Assembly (NCBI RefSeq): GCF_006345805.1
Contig: NC_043001.1
Location: forward strand, 89,652,001-89,716,000
Source: Octopus sinensis
Taxonomy: Eukaryota
Length of the DNA stretch: 64,000 nucleotides
Direction of reading: 5' to 3'
Numbering within the stretch: position 1 is the first letter of the stretch; each line of letters opens with the position of its first letter. The notes beneath the pieces were generated by a model. It was given only the letters and a program-made list of their open reading frames with translations, searched no databases and had not been told where the DNA came from. Shown here in pieces: positions 1 through 14,008 of this stretch. A program made the position numbers and the translations under genes.

Positions 1-101
1 CCATACTAATACAATGTTTGTGTTGTATCTCACCTGCCTTCGTCTTTTGTTTATTTCCGTAAACCTGCCTTCGTCTTTGTCTATTTTCATAAAGCTTCCC
101 G

Positions 102-173
<72 letters not shown>

Positions 174-796
174 CTGTCCGCGCGCGCACACGTGTAAACA
201 ATTAAGTTTATTCGTAGAGATAACAACAACAATGAATATGAATTGTTTTCCTTTTATTTACTATATACCAACAAAAATTAGACCTCTTCCGATTTTATTT
301 GTAGAATAATTCAGTAATAATAATGCCACAGTACGTGATTTAAAGACACAGGTTCAAATCGGACAGAATTCAGATAGAATATAGCAAAGTTTAAGGTAAA
401 GTTTGTAGATGTGCTTTCAAGAATGAATATTCATATTTTCGTGGTTTACATAGTCAATTGAATAATGTGTTGTAATAGATAGAAAGTCTTATTGAAAATG
501 TACTTATATGCGTATGCGTTTATAAAATCTAGACATTTACAAGTAAATAACGGGCAATTATAAATAAAAGTTAGTACAAGCAGAAGTTCTATCGAGGTAT
601 GGCAACGGTTGAGGTTTACTGCCAGCAAGGAATATAATGAAAGGAGACAACTTATTGATGGATACTAGTGATAGATAAAAGAGAGTTAGAAATTGACTAG
701 TTTACTTCTTAAATAGCTAAAAAAAATGGCTCACAGTCTACAATACACATAACGACAGTGATGCAAAAATATCTCTGCATAAAATCGCTACAAATG

Positions 797-830
<34 letters not shown>

Positions 831-1236
831 TGTATGTATGTATGTATGTATGTATGTATGTTGTATGCATGCACGCATGAATGTACATACACACATAGGT
901 ATGCACATGCATCTCTATACACATGCGTACATACATGTGGGCAAAATCATTTTTACCTTTCTTTCTCTGTATTACATACCCGTGTGTGTGTGTAAACTTG
1001 TTATCTGTAATTTTTACGGGTCATTATTGCAAAACTTCTAAGTCATAGTCGTAATGTGTTCCTATCAAATAAAATATCAAGACACCTCTTTGGCATTGGA
1101 GCATTTTTTCATTTGATTTTCTTTGCTCTTCTCTAAAACACCAACACATGCATGCACTCGTCCTCTGCACACGCGTACTTATATATGTGTGTGCGAGTGT
1201 TGTATATGTATATGTGTGTATGTATTAAATTATCAT

Positions 1237-1451
1237 ATTGGTTTCAAATTTTGGCACAAGGCCAGCAATTTCGTAGGAAGGGGTAAATCGATTACGTTGA
1301 CCCCAGTACTCAACTGGTACTTATTTCAATGACCCCGAAAAGATCAAAGACAAAGTCGACCTCGGTGGAATTTGAACCCAGAACGTAAAGACAGACGAAA
1401 TGCTGCAAAGCATTTTGTCCGGCGTGCTAACGGTTTTGCCAGCTCGCCGCC
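1237..1451 (-). mobile_element. tRNA-derived SINE, family A
   Basis: Minus strand head GGCGGCGAGCTGGCAAAACCGTTAGC (A box) and GGTTCAAATTCC (B box). Homologous to the copies at 41.7, 47.8 and 62.8 kb. Confidence 0.88.
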
Positions 1452-1555
1452 ATAAGTTGTTATATTAAAGTTAAAGAATGGGATGACACAATATTGAGAC
1501 CGGAAGGCATATCGGAGAGTCCTAGTCAACACAAACTTATATATATATATATATA

Positions 1556-2016
1556 TATAAGGAAAGGAAGGATTGTAGGTGTATATGATCTTTAATTCAT
1601 AATCTAGTTTGGTACAGAACCAATATACATTCTACAAATTGGTTCGGAGTTTAATTAATTCCAAATACAAAAACGAAAGACTCTTTTTGAAATAAAAACT
1701 AGAATCTTCGTCAGGAATTACATACGGGTATGAATAATTACGACCAACAAAAATATACAAAGACCTTTTATAGCGCAGATGGGAACGAACAAATAATAAT
1801 AAAATGAAAGATAACTAGAACGCCAGATAATTCAAAACCAGAAAAATATATTTAAAAATATCCACTCCAGCGTTTTATTAACATTAAAATTCATGATATG
1901 TAAATATCTAGGGTTTTTTTAATTTTTATAAAAAACGTTTTTTATTTTTATAAAAAACGTTTTTTATTAAAAAAAATTAAAGAACGTCTACACCTACAAT
2001 TTTTCCTTTCCTTATA
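1556..2016. repeat. Element bounded by 42-bp inverted repeats
   Basis: 1556-1597 vs reverse complement of 1975-2016: about 5 mismatches. Confidence 0.75.
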
Positions 2017-2135
2017 CTTCATTTATTGTTTTTGCAAATACTGAATATATATATTTTTTATATATACTCTTTACCTGGACTGTACCGGCGGACTTGGATG
2101 TTTGACATCCCTTTGAAGGATTTCGGGTCTCACTT

Positions 2136-2545
2136 ATATATATATATATATTAGAAGAAATAAGGTACTCAGAAATTTGGATGGTTTTTATATTTACAGA
2201 TTTTTAATTATATGTCACATGTTTTTATAAATCATATATCAGCGCGTGCATCCACTCTAGTGGATTCTTCAGATTGAATTTTTTCAGGATATTTGTCTCT
2301 TTTTATACTCTTATTGAGTGTGTAGGGGTGGATATATATATACACTCAATAATACTATAAAAAGAGACAAATATCCTGAAAAAATTCAATCTGAAGAATC
2401 CACTAGAGTGGATGCACGCGCTGATATATGATTTATATATACGCGCTGATATATGTTTTTACATGTGACATATAATTAAAAATCTGTAAATATAAAAACC
2501 ATCCAAATTTCTGAGTACCTCATTTCTTCTAATATATATATATAT
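2136..2545. repeat. Near-perfect fold-back (arms 2136-2321 and 2342-2545)
   Basis: The arms are reverse complements with about 3 substitutions plus a short duplication in the right arm; 20-nt loop. Confidence 0.95.
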
Positions 2546-3108
2546 TTAGTGTAAAAGGGATAAATTATCCTGGCGGATACCGTATTATCTCATGAATAGG
2601 TATAGATGTCGGCTATCCACAACGGCCCAATTACATAGTATTCAAGCTTAAAAGAGATACTGCTACAGTTAACTGTAATCTGAATAAACATTTTAAAACC
2701 ACGCTTCAACAGTAATACCAGTCGAGGTGATTATTAGACCAGATTTCCACTGGACTTAAAAAGTAACGCTCTTCCCTTCAACTGAATACCAACGCTGGAC
2801 GCTTGTTTGAATTAGTTCACTTTGAAAACGTCGTGAATGATGGATCCTAGATGAAATTGCAGCGACTAGGATGCATAATTGCATACAGAGCAATGTGCAG
2901 TCGCTGCAGTAGAAACATATGTAGGTCAGTGTTGTACATGCTGTAGAAAACTTTTTAATAATGTTTTAGATGGGAATAAATCTCCATTCTTGGTTATCAG
3001 GTGTGCGTGCGCGCGAGTGCGCGCGCGAGCACGTATGAATGTGTGTGTACATATGTAAGTATATATATGTATGCATAAATATATATTCATACATATATAT
3101 ATTATGTA

Positions 3109-3141
<33 letters not shown>

Positions 3142-3734
3142 GCGTATATATATATCTATGTATATATATATATATGTATATACATACATGCATACATGCA
3201 ATCATACATACATACATACATATATACATACATACATACATACATACATTACAACATACATACATACATACATTGTTTCTAATATAACATTTAAATGAGC
3301 GAAATAGAAAAGGAACAAAAGCCAACCGGAAAACCCATATAAAAAAAAGAAAAACCCATCCAAAAACATCAGTCGTAAAACATCGTCATAAGACGTTAGC
3401 CATTGTAATATAAACCAAAAATATGCAAATGATTATTGATAATTTTTATTTAATCAATGCACGAAAAGACAACAGCAGAAATAAACTTGAATAAAAACTG
3501 AAATAAATCAAACTACTTCGATAGTACTCTCGTGGGAAGGGTTTGGTTGAAGTCAATGTAAATCAAACGCGCCTAAATTAGCATTTCTTATACTTTAACA
3601 AAAGCATAAACGAGTGGGGAAATTTGAGTATTCTGTATTATGAGCTCGCAAACGTGGGTATTATAAATATTATCTGCCCTGATGACGACTGAGTGAAATC
3701 GAAACGAAGAATACAATCGTGAAAGAGAGTATGC

Positions 3735-3834
3735 NNNNNNNNNNNNNNNNNNNNNNNNNNNNNNNNNNNNNNNNNNNNNNNNNNNNNNNNNNNNNNNNNN
3801 NNNNNNNNNNNNNNNNNNNNNNNNNNNNNNNNNN
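3735..3834. other. Assembly gap (exactly 100 N)
   Basis: N run; the round length suggests a scaffold join of unknown true size. Confidence 0.98.
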
Positions 3835-3852
3835 ATATGTAGTATATATATA

Positions 3853-4640
3853 TGAGGGGTACCCAAAAGAAACCGGAATTTTGCAATATTATTTTATTCA
3901 CTCAGTTTTTCATGTTTACACTTTTATTGCCTTCAAAGTATTCTCCATTTCAAGCAATGCATTGATCCAGATGTGTTTTCTACTATTTGAAGCAGTACTG
4001 GAACTCTTGCAAAGTGATGCCTTTTGATGCCTCACCTCTTCCACATCTGCAAATTTTGTCACCAGTAATGACCCCTAAAAAATGGTCCTGATCAACTTCC
4101 AGCTGTTCTTTCAGTTCATGACATGCATTCAGTCATGACAGCTTTTGATCTTTCATGAGCAAGTGGGGCACAAATTTTGCTGCATCTCTTTTCATTCACA
4201 ATTCCTCACTGAAAATTCGTTGGCAGGAGCTCCAGGACACACCAGTCATATCAATAGGTTTGTCAATTTTTCGGTGACAGTCCTCCAAGATCAGTTCATG
4301 AATTTTCATGATGTTTTCATTTGTTTGGGAAGTTGATGGTGAAGTTGATGGTCATCCTGAATGAGGTTGGTCCTCACACGACAAGTAACCATTCCTAATG
4401 CATGGAAACCACTTGTAAACTTGTGTTTTGGTCATGGCAGCTTACTTGTAAGCTGTCTGAAGCATGACAACTGTTTCGGCCACTATTTTCCCCAGCAGAA
4501 AGCAGAATTTCATGGTATTGCACTCTTCCTTTGTTTCAGCCATCACAAAAATCGACAAACAGGGGAGAAGCACTGCAAAACAAAGACGCACCATGTAACA
4601 GTATGACTTAACCACTGGTCGGCAGACTGATGTATGGGGA
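3853..4640 (-). mobile_element. Decayed, internally deleted mariner
   Basis: TA plus TIR-like tgaggggtacccaaaagaaaccgg. Minus-strand translation MAETKEE..KFCFLLGK..ETVVMLQTAYK, plus a VITGD remnant. Right boundary approximate. Confidence 0.75.
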
Positions 4641-5499
4641 AGTTTGACATGTCCAAAACTTACTGTATGTTATGACAGTGCTAACTTAGGTGTTATGGAT
4701 GTTGCAGCACTGGGAGCCAGAATCCAATTCAACTTGTTAACACAATTCTGCCACATTTATTGATGGATGGCAGTGGTGGCTCACTTCTTCAGTACACAAT
4801 CTGGATTTGGATTTTGTATATATATACAAAGACAAAAATAGATAGACAAAAATTAATAGGCATCTTATTTCCAAATTGTGTAATTTTTCTTTTTTCTTTT
4901 CTTTTTCAAGTATATAGCTGTATTGTGATGAAATGAAATCTTATTCATTCTGTTTGTGAAACAATGAGCTATCTCATAGTTTAAAAACTCTTAACAAGTG
5001 ATTATTTAGCTTTAGGCCTACCCCCATTCACCAGACTTATGTTCAAAGATTCTCTTATGACCCACCACTTTTCAGATGCATTGTATCTCACTTCACTATC
5101 CAAGGTGTTCTTTCTTGTTGTTGTTGTTGTTGTTATCATTGTTGATGATGTTATTGCTGTTTATCTCCAGTTTAACCCTGATCTATCAGATCATGGATCA
5201 AGGATATTTCACTCATGGTCATCTAATGTTTTAGTCAAGCATGAAACTGGAAGAGATTATCACAAATTTTCATTCTCTTTTTAGATGGTATTTGAATGAG
5301 ATTTTTACTAATATTCAAGGAAGTCAAAACACTTGAAACCTAAGCATATTAGATGACATAAACAGTTTTAGTAGTACATAAAAAAATCTGACAGAAAATT
5401 ATTTTCATATGTACTGCCGATTAAAAATACATTAGTCATATTTTTAATAGGATTAGATTTTAAAAGCATGAAACATTTATGCATATATGTGTATATTGT

Positions 5500-5509
5500 A
5501 TGTGTATGC

Positions 5510-5604
<95 letters not shown>

Positions 5605-5632
5605 TGAGTGTGTGAGTGTGAGTGAGTGTGTT
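5500..5632. repeat. (TG)n microsatellite, representative of dozens of TG/CA/TATG/TATC tracts in the window
   Basis: Seen directly. Confidence 0.95.
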
Positions 5633-6551
5633 TGTGAAGCAGAATGTATATATAATCTTTTATTCTTTCACTTGTTGCAGTCATTGGACTCTAGTCTTAT
5701 ATTGACCCCAATACTTACTTCAGTGAAGTACTTAATTTGACACCATTTGAAAATAAACAACAACAGGGATTGTTCTACACTGATGTAAACTATCTCTCTC
5801 TCTCTATATATATATAGTATCATCAAATTATGGTCTAGGTTATGAAAGTTACTGAAAGAGTTATAGCTTAATTGATCAGGAAGAGAATTAGTTTAAATAA
5901 CATGCAATTTGATTTTATACCAAGAAGAGGTACTATCAATGCTTTCTCTCTAGTGATGTTCTTCCTATCACCAAACATTTCACACCATGAAATGGATGCA
6001 TTTAAATCATGTCACTAACACTACAGAAGACGTTGTATAAAGCAGAAGTTTTCTTCTCCAGACTGTATCTGATCTCTGACTGAAATTCAGTTTCAGAGTT
6101 TCTTAGATGGGTTGCATTTGCTCTAGCTTCTGGAACACATGTTGCCATCATGCAACAGATTACCTTTACTATGGCTATGAAACCACATCATTTAGATATC
6201 ATCATCAATATTGTTGTCATTGTTATTATTGTCATTGTTGTTGCCATCGTTGTTGTCTTCATTGTCATCATTGTTATCATCATCATTATGAACATGATTT
6301 AATGTCTGTTTCTTATACTGGCATGAGTTGGATGGTTTGACAGGAACTGGCAAGAAAATGGACTGCACCAAAGTCTCCCTCAATACTACTCCCCACTCAG
6401 TTGCGGAGGCTTGCCTTGCAAGTAATTTGAGTTCTTTGCTGGTACTGGTGTCATGCAAAGGTATTCATTCAGTATTCATTCACTCTGTAAACATGTTGGT
6501 GTCAGGAAGGGCAACCAGCCATAGAAACCATGTCAAAGCAAACAATATGTA

Positions 6552-6587
<36 letters not shown>

Positions 6588-6844
6588 GACAATTTTCAGT
6601 TGGCCCAGCAATATTGATTTAATTGGATTTATTGAATCAAAGCAATTGAAAAGGTGATTCAAATTGTTTTATTTCTCAATCAGGAGTGAGGGCCAGGGCC
6701 TCCAAATCTGGTGGGAGGGAGAGGAAAATATCTTCAAAGTGGAGATCTCACCTGAATATTTACAACAGAGTAGACTGCTAAATGCATCCAAGTTACCAGA
6801 TGGTAATCTTAAACTAGGTGGAGGATTAAGTCTTCAATTGAAGT

Positions 6845-7015
6845 GAGCCACAGTGGGATTTGAACCCAGAATACAAAGAGTCAGAATTAATACAGTAAGA
6901 CACCTTGCCAAACATGCTAACATTTACTACAGTCCACCACCTTAGAACTGGTACTTCATTTACTGATATGAAAGGCTGAGAGGGAAAGTTGACCTTGGAT
7001 GGATTTGAACTCAAG
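6845..7015 (-). mobile_element. SINE family A remnants
   Basis: Two gatttgaac(c/t)ca B-box complements and a ctggtactt..gaaagg..aaagttgacc segment. Confidence 0.6.
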
Positions 7016-7654
7016 ATTCAAGCTACTGCAATAAATTCTACATGTTATTTCCTCTGTCACTTTAACAACTCTTCAAATTTACTGCTTTATAGGCGAGTGC
7101 TATAAACATGCACAAAACATATTTACAAGCATAGGACCTAAATTACTTTGTACATTTTTACAAAAATTTCCTTTGGTGATAGGATTTATTCAAAATACTT
7201 AACAAATTTACATAGTTAATCTAAATGAATTTTTTTTTATAATTAGTAACTTTTACCAACCTGTTTTGAAGTGCTTAGCAGTATACAATTTTTACCATCA
7301 GGGACTGAACCTCACATCCTCCTCCACCGCCGCCACCACCACCACCACCACCACCACCACCACCACCAGCAGAGAAAAAAAAATACAAATGGGAAAAGAT
7401 GATTCTATGTAAAATTTCAGTTATTGAAGTACAAAACTATAATCTAGACATTGGAACATAGATACATACATTCACTTTTATGTTTTAAGATTTAAAATAA
7501 ATGTTTTTATATTTCATGAAAACAATAAACATTGACAGAACAAAGAATTCACTACATGCATAGAATTTAATATTTATTTTAATGTTTGATTATGTTATGA
7601 GTGGCAAAACTTCAAAGTCACCTTCAACAAATTGTATGTGTAAATGTGTGTGTG

Positions 7655-7734
<80 letters not shown>

Positions 7735-7795
7735 AATATATGTGTTTGTGTGTGTGTGTGTATATATAATATATATATAGATATATATAATATAT

Positions 7796-7834
<39 letters not shown>

Positions 7835-7836
7835 TT

Positions 7837-8045
7837 TATAAGCTTAATGCTTATAAGTGATCACTGTGCATTACCTAGGGTAAATATTCTAATATTGGGC
7901 ATATAAGCCTTCGATGGTAGAAAGTAGATTTGCCATATGCATGGGATTCAACCCTATTTTATTCTGTTGAGGGCTTATGTGCCCCAATATTAGACTGTTT
8001 ACCTTAGTCAATGCACAGTGATTGCTTATAGGCTTTAAGCTTATA
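7837..8045. repeat. Inverted-repeat element (arms about 78 bp, 52-bp spacer), MITE-like
   Basis: 7837-7914 is the imperfect reverse complement of 7967-8045; TA-rich flanks. Confidence 0.85.
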
Positions 8046-8092
8046 TAATATTATTATTATTATTTACAGATTGTAAAATCTGGCACTGCTTA

Positions 8093-8147
<55 letters not shown>

Positions 8148-8156
8148 ATATATATA

Positions 8157-8827
8157 CAGTGTGCAATGGGTAAATTGTCACCATTTTATATTTTTATTTT
8201 GTTGCATGTGCTATGTTTGTTTTTGATTTTGTCAACTACACAGTATAGTAGGGTAAGTTGGGCACTGTCTGTGAGAAAAACAGCACCATGACAACATTTA
8301 CTCTGCTAGAAATTTGGAAATGACACACTGTACTGCTTGGAATTTGTGCCAGAAGCTCCACTACAAACATTTCAGAATGTTTGTGTGTCAATCTAAGGAC
8401 AGTGCAATCTCAGTGTACTGAGAGTGATAAAAAATGAAACATCCAGACAACATCGTGGTGTTTGGAGTGATCACTAGTGATGGTAATGTTATGCCTCCAT
8501 TCATCTTCCCACACAGCCTCAGACTCAACATGGAGGCATACATCAAGTTCCTGGAGGAGGTAGTACTACCCTGGGTGAAGAGGGTAGCTGCTGGAAGACC
8601 CTATGTTTGGCAGCAGGACTCTGCACCATGCCACACAAGCAGGAGAACCCAGTCATGTTTCTTAGACAATTTCTGCAACCACATCACCCCTAACAGCTGT
8701 CCACCTAACTCCCCAGACTAACCCCCTTAATTATTATGCATGGAGCACAAAAACTCCTTGTAACACCAAAGATGGACTGAAGGCAAGGATTATGGAAGCA
8801 TTCACCAACTTAAACAAGGAAACCATC
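8157..8827 (+). mobile_element. DD37D (maT-like) Tc1/mariner fragment
   Basis: TA-CAGTGTG start. Translation VFGVITSDG..VWQQDSAPCH..PPNSPD. 3' end missing. Confidence 0.85.
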
Positions 8828-9211
8828 CACACACACACACTCCCATATATATACACATACATAAAGATATATATTCACACACTCACACACACAGATACAT
8901 ACATGCTCGTATATAAAATATATGTATGTATACGCATGTTTATGGATTTGTGTCTTTCCATCTGTATCTTGACATTGTTTGCATGTTTAAAGTGTTAAAA
9001 CAATGTCACTGTGTTAATGTTTGTATCCACCTAAAAATATGTCTGGTCATTATGCAGTTTAGTATGTAAAAGGACAGTGGAATAATTTCCTTAATAAGCA
9101 ATTAGGGTTGATAATAGAATAAGCATCCATTTGTAGAATACTTCCTCAACAAAGTTCTTTCCAGTACATGCCGGCATGGAGAAAGTTGACATAAAACACA
9201 GTATATATATA

Positions 9212-9246
<35 letters not shown>

Positions 9247-9271
9247 TATTATATATTAGATATATATATTA

Positions 9272-9302
<31 letters not shown>

Positions 9303-9346
9303 ATACACATACTCATACATGTATATATATATACACGCGCACACAC

Positions 9347-9388
<42 letters not shown>

Positions 9389-9788
9389 TAGATACGTACA
9401 TGTATGTGTGTATGTATGTATGTATGTATGTATGTGTATGTATGTATGTATGTATGTATGTATGTATGTTTGTTCTATGTAAGAGAATAAATTACTCAAC
9501 ATCTGGTTAGTAGTGTTTATAATAGTACAATGTAATACAACTGATAGGATACATTACAAATTGTCCTATGAGATTATGTCATATTTGCACAATTCACTCG
9601 TCAGGTGCACAAACAACCTACGACTGTTTTAGATTTTGTTTATCATTTTCTTAAGTTTATACGTTAAATTTAGTATATTTCAGGAAACAATGCGTACTGT
9701 AACTTTTGTAACACACACACACACACACACATACACACAGACACACATGCGTGCATGCACACACACATATATGTATGCGTGTGTGTAG

Positions 9789-9835
<47 letters not shown>

Positions 9836-10690
9836 AAGAGAGCTAGCTAGCTAGCTAGCTAGCTAGATAGATAGAGAGAAGAGAGAGAGAGAGAGAGTAA
9901 CTTGATTAAACCAACACTGTTTCATTCTTGAGTCTGTTAAAGTAAGAGAAAATAATTTAGGTTTTTGAGTTGTGTTGTGATGTTGGAAAGCCTGTGAGTG
10001 GACACAACAAATTCAAAGCCAGTAGTTTGTAGTGTGTATCACAAAACTCAGTAGTAACAAGGAAGTAGCATCATTTAGTACTCTGAGCAACAAGATCTAA
10101 AAAGTTTATGGTTCATAATTTTTACTTAAGAACTCGAGAGCATAGACAATGAGGCATGTTATCTAAATGATGTAATTAATGGTAGCAGAAAAGATAGTTA
10201 TAGCATATTGGATAGGGCTTGAGGGATTTGGATTAAGTTTCAAGAGATGAGAAATGGAAAAAAAAATTGGAAATGCTTTTTCAGTCTGAACAAGAGACAT
10301 TTTATACAAGGCACATTTAATAAATGTTATGTTCTAAAACAGTGAAACATGAAAAGTGAATGTGAATATTGAAGAATACATTAATAGTTGTCTACTGGCA
10401 ATATAGGAATGAATGAACACAAGTAGGTTAAAAGAATAACTAAGTCATCTAAGGAATTATTTACTGTTTATCAATGAAAAAATATATGTTGGTAAAAGTT
10501 AAGTAATCTAAAAAAAATGACGACACATGATTGGTAGTAAAGTGTGTTTATTAATGAATGATGTTGAATGACATTAGAAATAGATGACAAATTAGGATAA
10601 AGTAGTTGGGTCAGACCTAAGGATGCTAGGCTTCTTAGAAGAGATGATAAATATTTAGGGTGCTTAAAAAATGCATGGGTAATCTGTTCA

Positions 10691-10743
<53 letters not shown>

Positions 10744-12363
10744 TGTGTGTGTGTGAGTGTGTGTGTGTGTGTGTATACACACCATGGGGATATAAACTTG
10801 AAATGACGATGATGTATATGTATGTATATGTGTTTTATATGTATGTATATATATATATCATTGTACACACACACACACATATATATATGCATATAACTAT
10901 GTACACATATTCATAAGCTACCCATTTATAAATCTATATGGATGTTTATAGAGATTGAGAGGGATATATTAAAAGTGACAGATAGAAGGGTACATACACA
11001 CACACACACAGACATATTCTCACACACATATATAGATGTGTATTCAATATATTTGCATATTCAATATATGTGTAATTATTGAATACTTCAGCAGAACTTG
11101 CAGGGTTAGCTACCATCATAAATCCCATCAAAACACCAACAATAATACCACCACCATAACGTCCAGCACCACATGTAGTAGCACCAAAACCATCACTACC
11201 ACAACAAGCAGCAGCATAAGCATCATCACAAACTATCACCATTATCAGTGCCACTATTACTACTACCACTATTACTCTACCATCACCACTACAATTACTG
11301 TGTTATATCAATAAAAGTGCAATAAAGTTTATGGCTCTGACTATTGATTCACGGGTTGATTGCTATCTTTGTATGAGCATTATAAGTATGTATGTATGTG
11401 TAAGTGTGTATGCGTATATATGAATATGTATATATATGTGTGTATATATGTTTATGTATATGTGTATATGTGTGCATATATGTATGTATGTATGTGATTG
11501 TATATGTATCTATATATTTATGTACATATATATTCATAATGTGGACTGTGTAAACATATATATTGCTGTTTGTATATATTAACATATTAACATACATGTG
11601 TATACATGCAAAATCCAAAACAAAAACATAATAGACCTACTTTTACTCTCATACACACATGAATGCAGATGCATACCATTTACAGCATACACACACACAC
11701 ATATATATATATATTTGTATCATTGTGTAGGTTTAATATATGTGTATATTGTGAATGGTATGCATCTACTTTCATATGTGTATGAAAGTGAAAGTAGGTC
11801 TAATATATATATATATATATACACACACACCTACATACAACTATTATATTTCATGCATCAGTAAACACATGCATAAGCCCTCACACACACATACAAACAT
11901 ATATATTCACATAAAAACATCATACAAATGTTAAATTCATACATACACACATATATACATTCATACATTCTTTATACATACATGCATGCATACATACACA
12001 CATGCAAGCATGCATGCAAACATACATATATGCTTACATATAACTGAAATGCCGAGGAATATAGATATGTAAGTATAAAACAATTGCTGTCTTCCTATTG
12101 ATATATCTCCCGCAGTCTTTATTGCCTTCAGTAGCAGAATCACTATTGGTTCCTTCTCACTGCAGTAATACACTTCATCACTCCATACCACCTCTAACAA
12201 CATACCACACTATCATATCCTTGACCTGTGTGTTGCCCTGAAATATAATTACACATACATGTAAATGTATACACTTATGTGTATGTGTGTAGGTATATAA
12301 ATTTATATATATGTACACATAGCTTGATAGAGAGAGAGAGACTGACAGACAAACAGACAAATT

Positions 12364-12407
<44 letters not shown>

Positions 12408-12712
12408 TAGATACAACACACACACACACATGTATATATCTGTGTTTACACACACTGTCACACACATATATATATGTATAAACTTGCACACGCACATACA
12501 CACACATACTTATAAATACATATACATACATGTTTTTTAAGTATATGTGTGTGGGCGTGTGAAAATATGTATGTGTGTGTACATGTAAGAACAAGTAGAA
12601 ATACCTATTTACAACACTCCCACACATTATATGATAGATAATGTTTGTATAAAATGTTTTCCAGTATATGTACATATAATCCATACACACACACACATAC
12701 ACATATGTATGC

Positions 12713-12746
<34 letters not shown>

Positions 12747-12917
12747 TATAATATATATATATATATATAATATATATGTGTGTGTGTGTGTGTGTGGTGT
12801 GTTTATATATATATATATATATATATATATCCTTTCTTATACATTGTGTGTGTGTATAAATATGTGAATGTATGTATGACTGCATTTGGTAGAGAGCAGA
12901 AGTGTACTGCACACATG

Positions 12918-12952
<35 letters not shown>

Positions 12953-13238
12953 ACACACAAAATGTGTATAGGTGTGTGTTCATGTCTGATTCAACATCAC
13001 AAGTTTAAAAAAAATGATGTGGTGTCAAAAAGGTAATTTAGTCATTTGATAAAAATATAGATCAATAAAATAAGCACGAGACTGAAACAAATACTGGGAT
13101 TGGTATGAGCAACTAATTTCTTGAAGGTGGTACTCCAGCATAGTCACAGCGCAATGATTAAATGATTGAAATCAGCAAAAGAATAAAAGAAGATATCTAT
13201 GTATCTATCTATGTATCTATCTATGTATGTATCTATCT

Positions 13239-13271
<33 letters not shown>

Positions 13272-13353
13272 AAATATATATATATATATATATATATATG
13301 CATACACCTATATATATATGTACATACATGTGTATATGAATGTGTATGTGTGT

Positions 13354-13385
<32 letters not shown>

Positions 13386-13394
13386 ATTTGCTTG

Positions 13395-13548
13395 TGTGGC
13401 TATGTGGCTAAGAAGCTTACTTCTCAACCATGCGGTCTTAGATTTAGTCCCACTGCATGGCACTGTGGGTAAGTGTTTTCTACTATAGCCTTGGGTCAAT
13501 GAAAGCCTTATGAGTTGATTTCATTAATGAAAATTGAAAGATGCAAGT

Positions 13549-13550
<2 letters not shown>
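13395..13550 (+). mobile_element. SINE family B head
   Basis: gtggctatgtggctaagaagcttacttctcaacca..ctactatagccttgg. Similar heads at about 19130-19285, 22425-22555 and 52115-52200 (+) and 61380-61542 (-). Confidence 0.75.
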
Positions 13551-13591
<41 letters not shown>

Positions 13592-13947
13592 GTATATATG
13601 TGTTTGTGTTTGTTCGTACTTTTATCTATACACCACGTGATTGTTGTAAATGAGCATCATTTATCATGATGATGATGATGATCATCATCATCATCATCAA
13701 CATCATACAAATGATGTTTCTTTCCAGTTTTCTGTTGTAAATATGCCCAACTATGAAGAATCATTATCTTGCTTGGAAACAAGTGAGGGTTGGTAACGGG
13801 AAGGGCATCTGATTGTAGAATATCTGCTTTAGCAAATTCTTTCTGACCTTTGGAAGCATCAAAAAGTGGATTTTAACTGATGTTGTTGCTGATGATGATG
13901 ATAATAATGATGATAGTGATGACAGACACCCTGCCACACACACAAAC

Positions 13948-14008
<61 letters not shown>

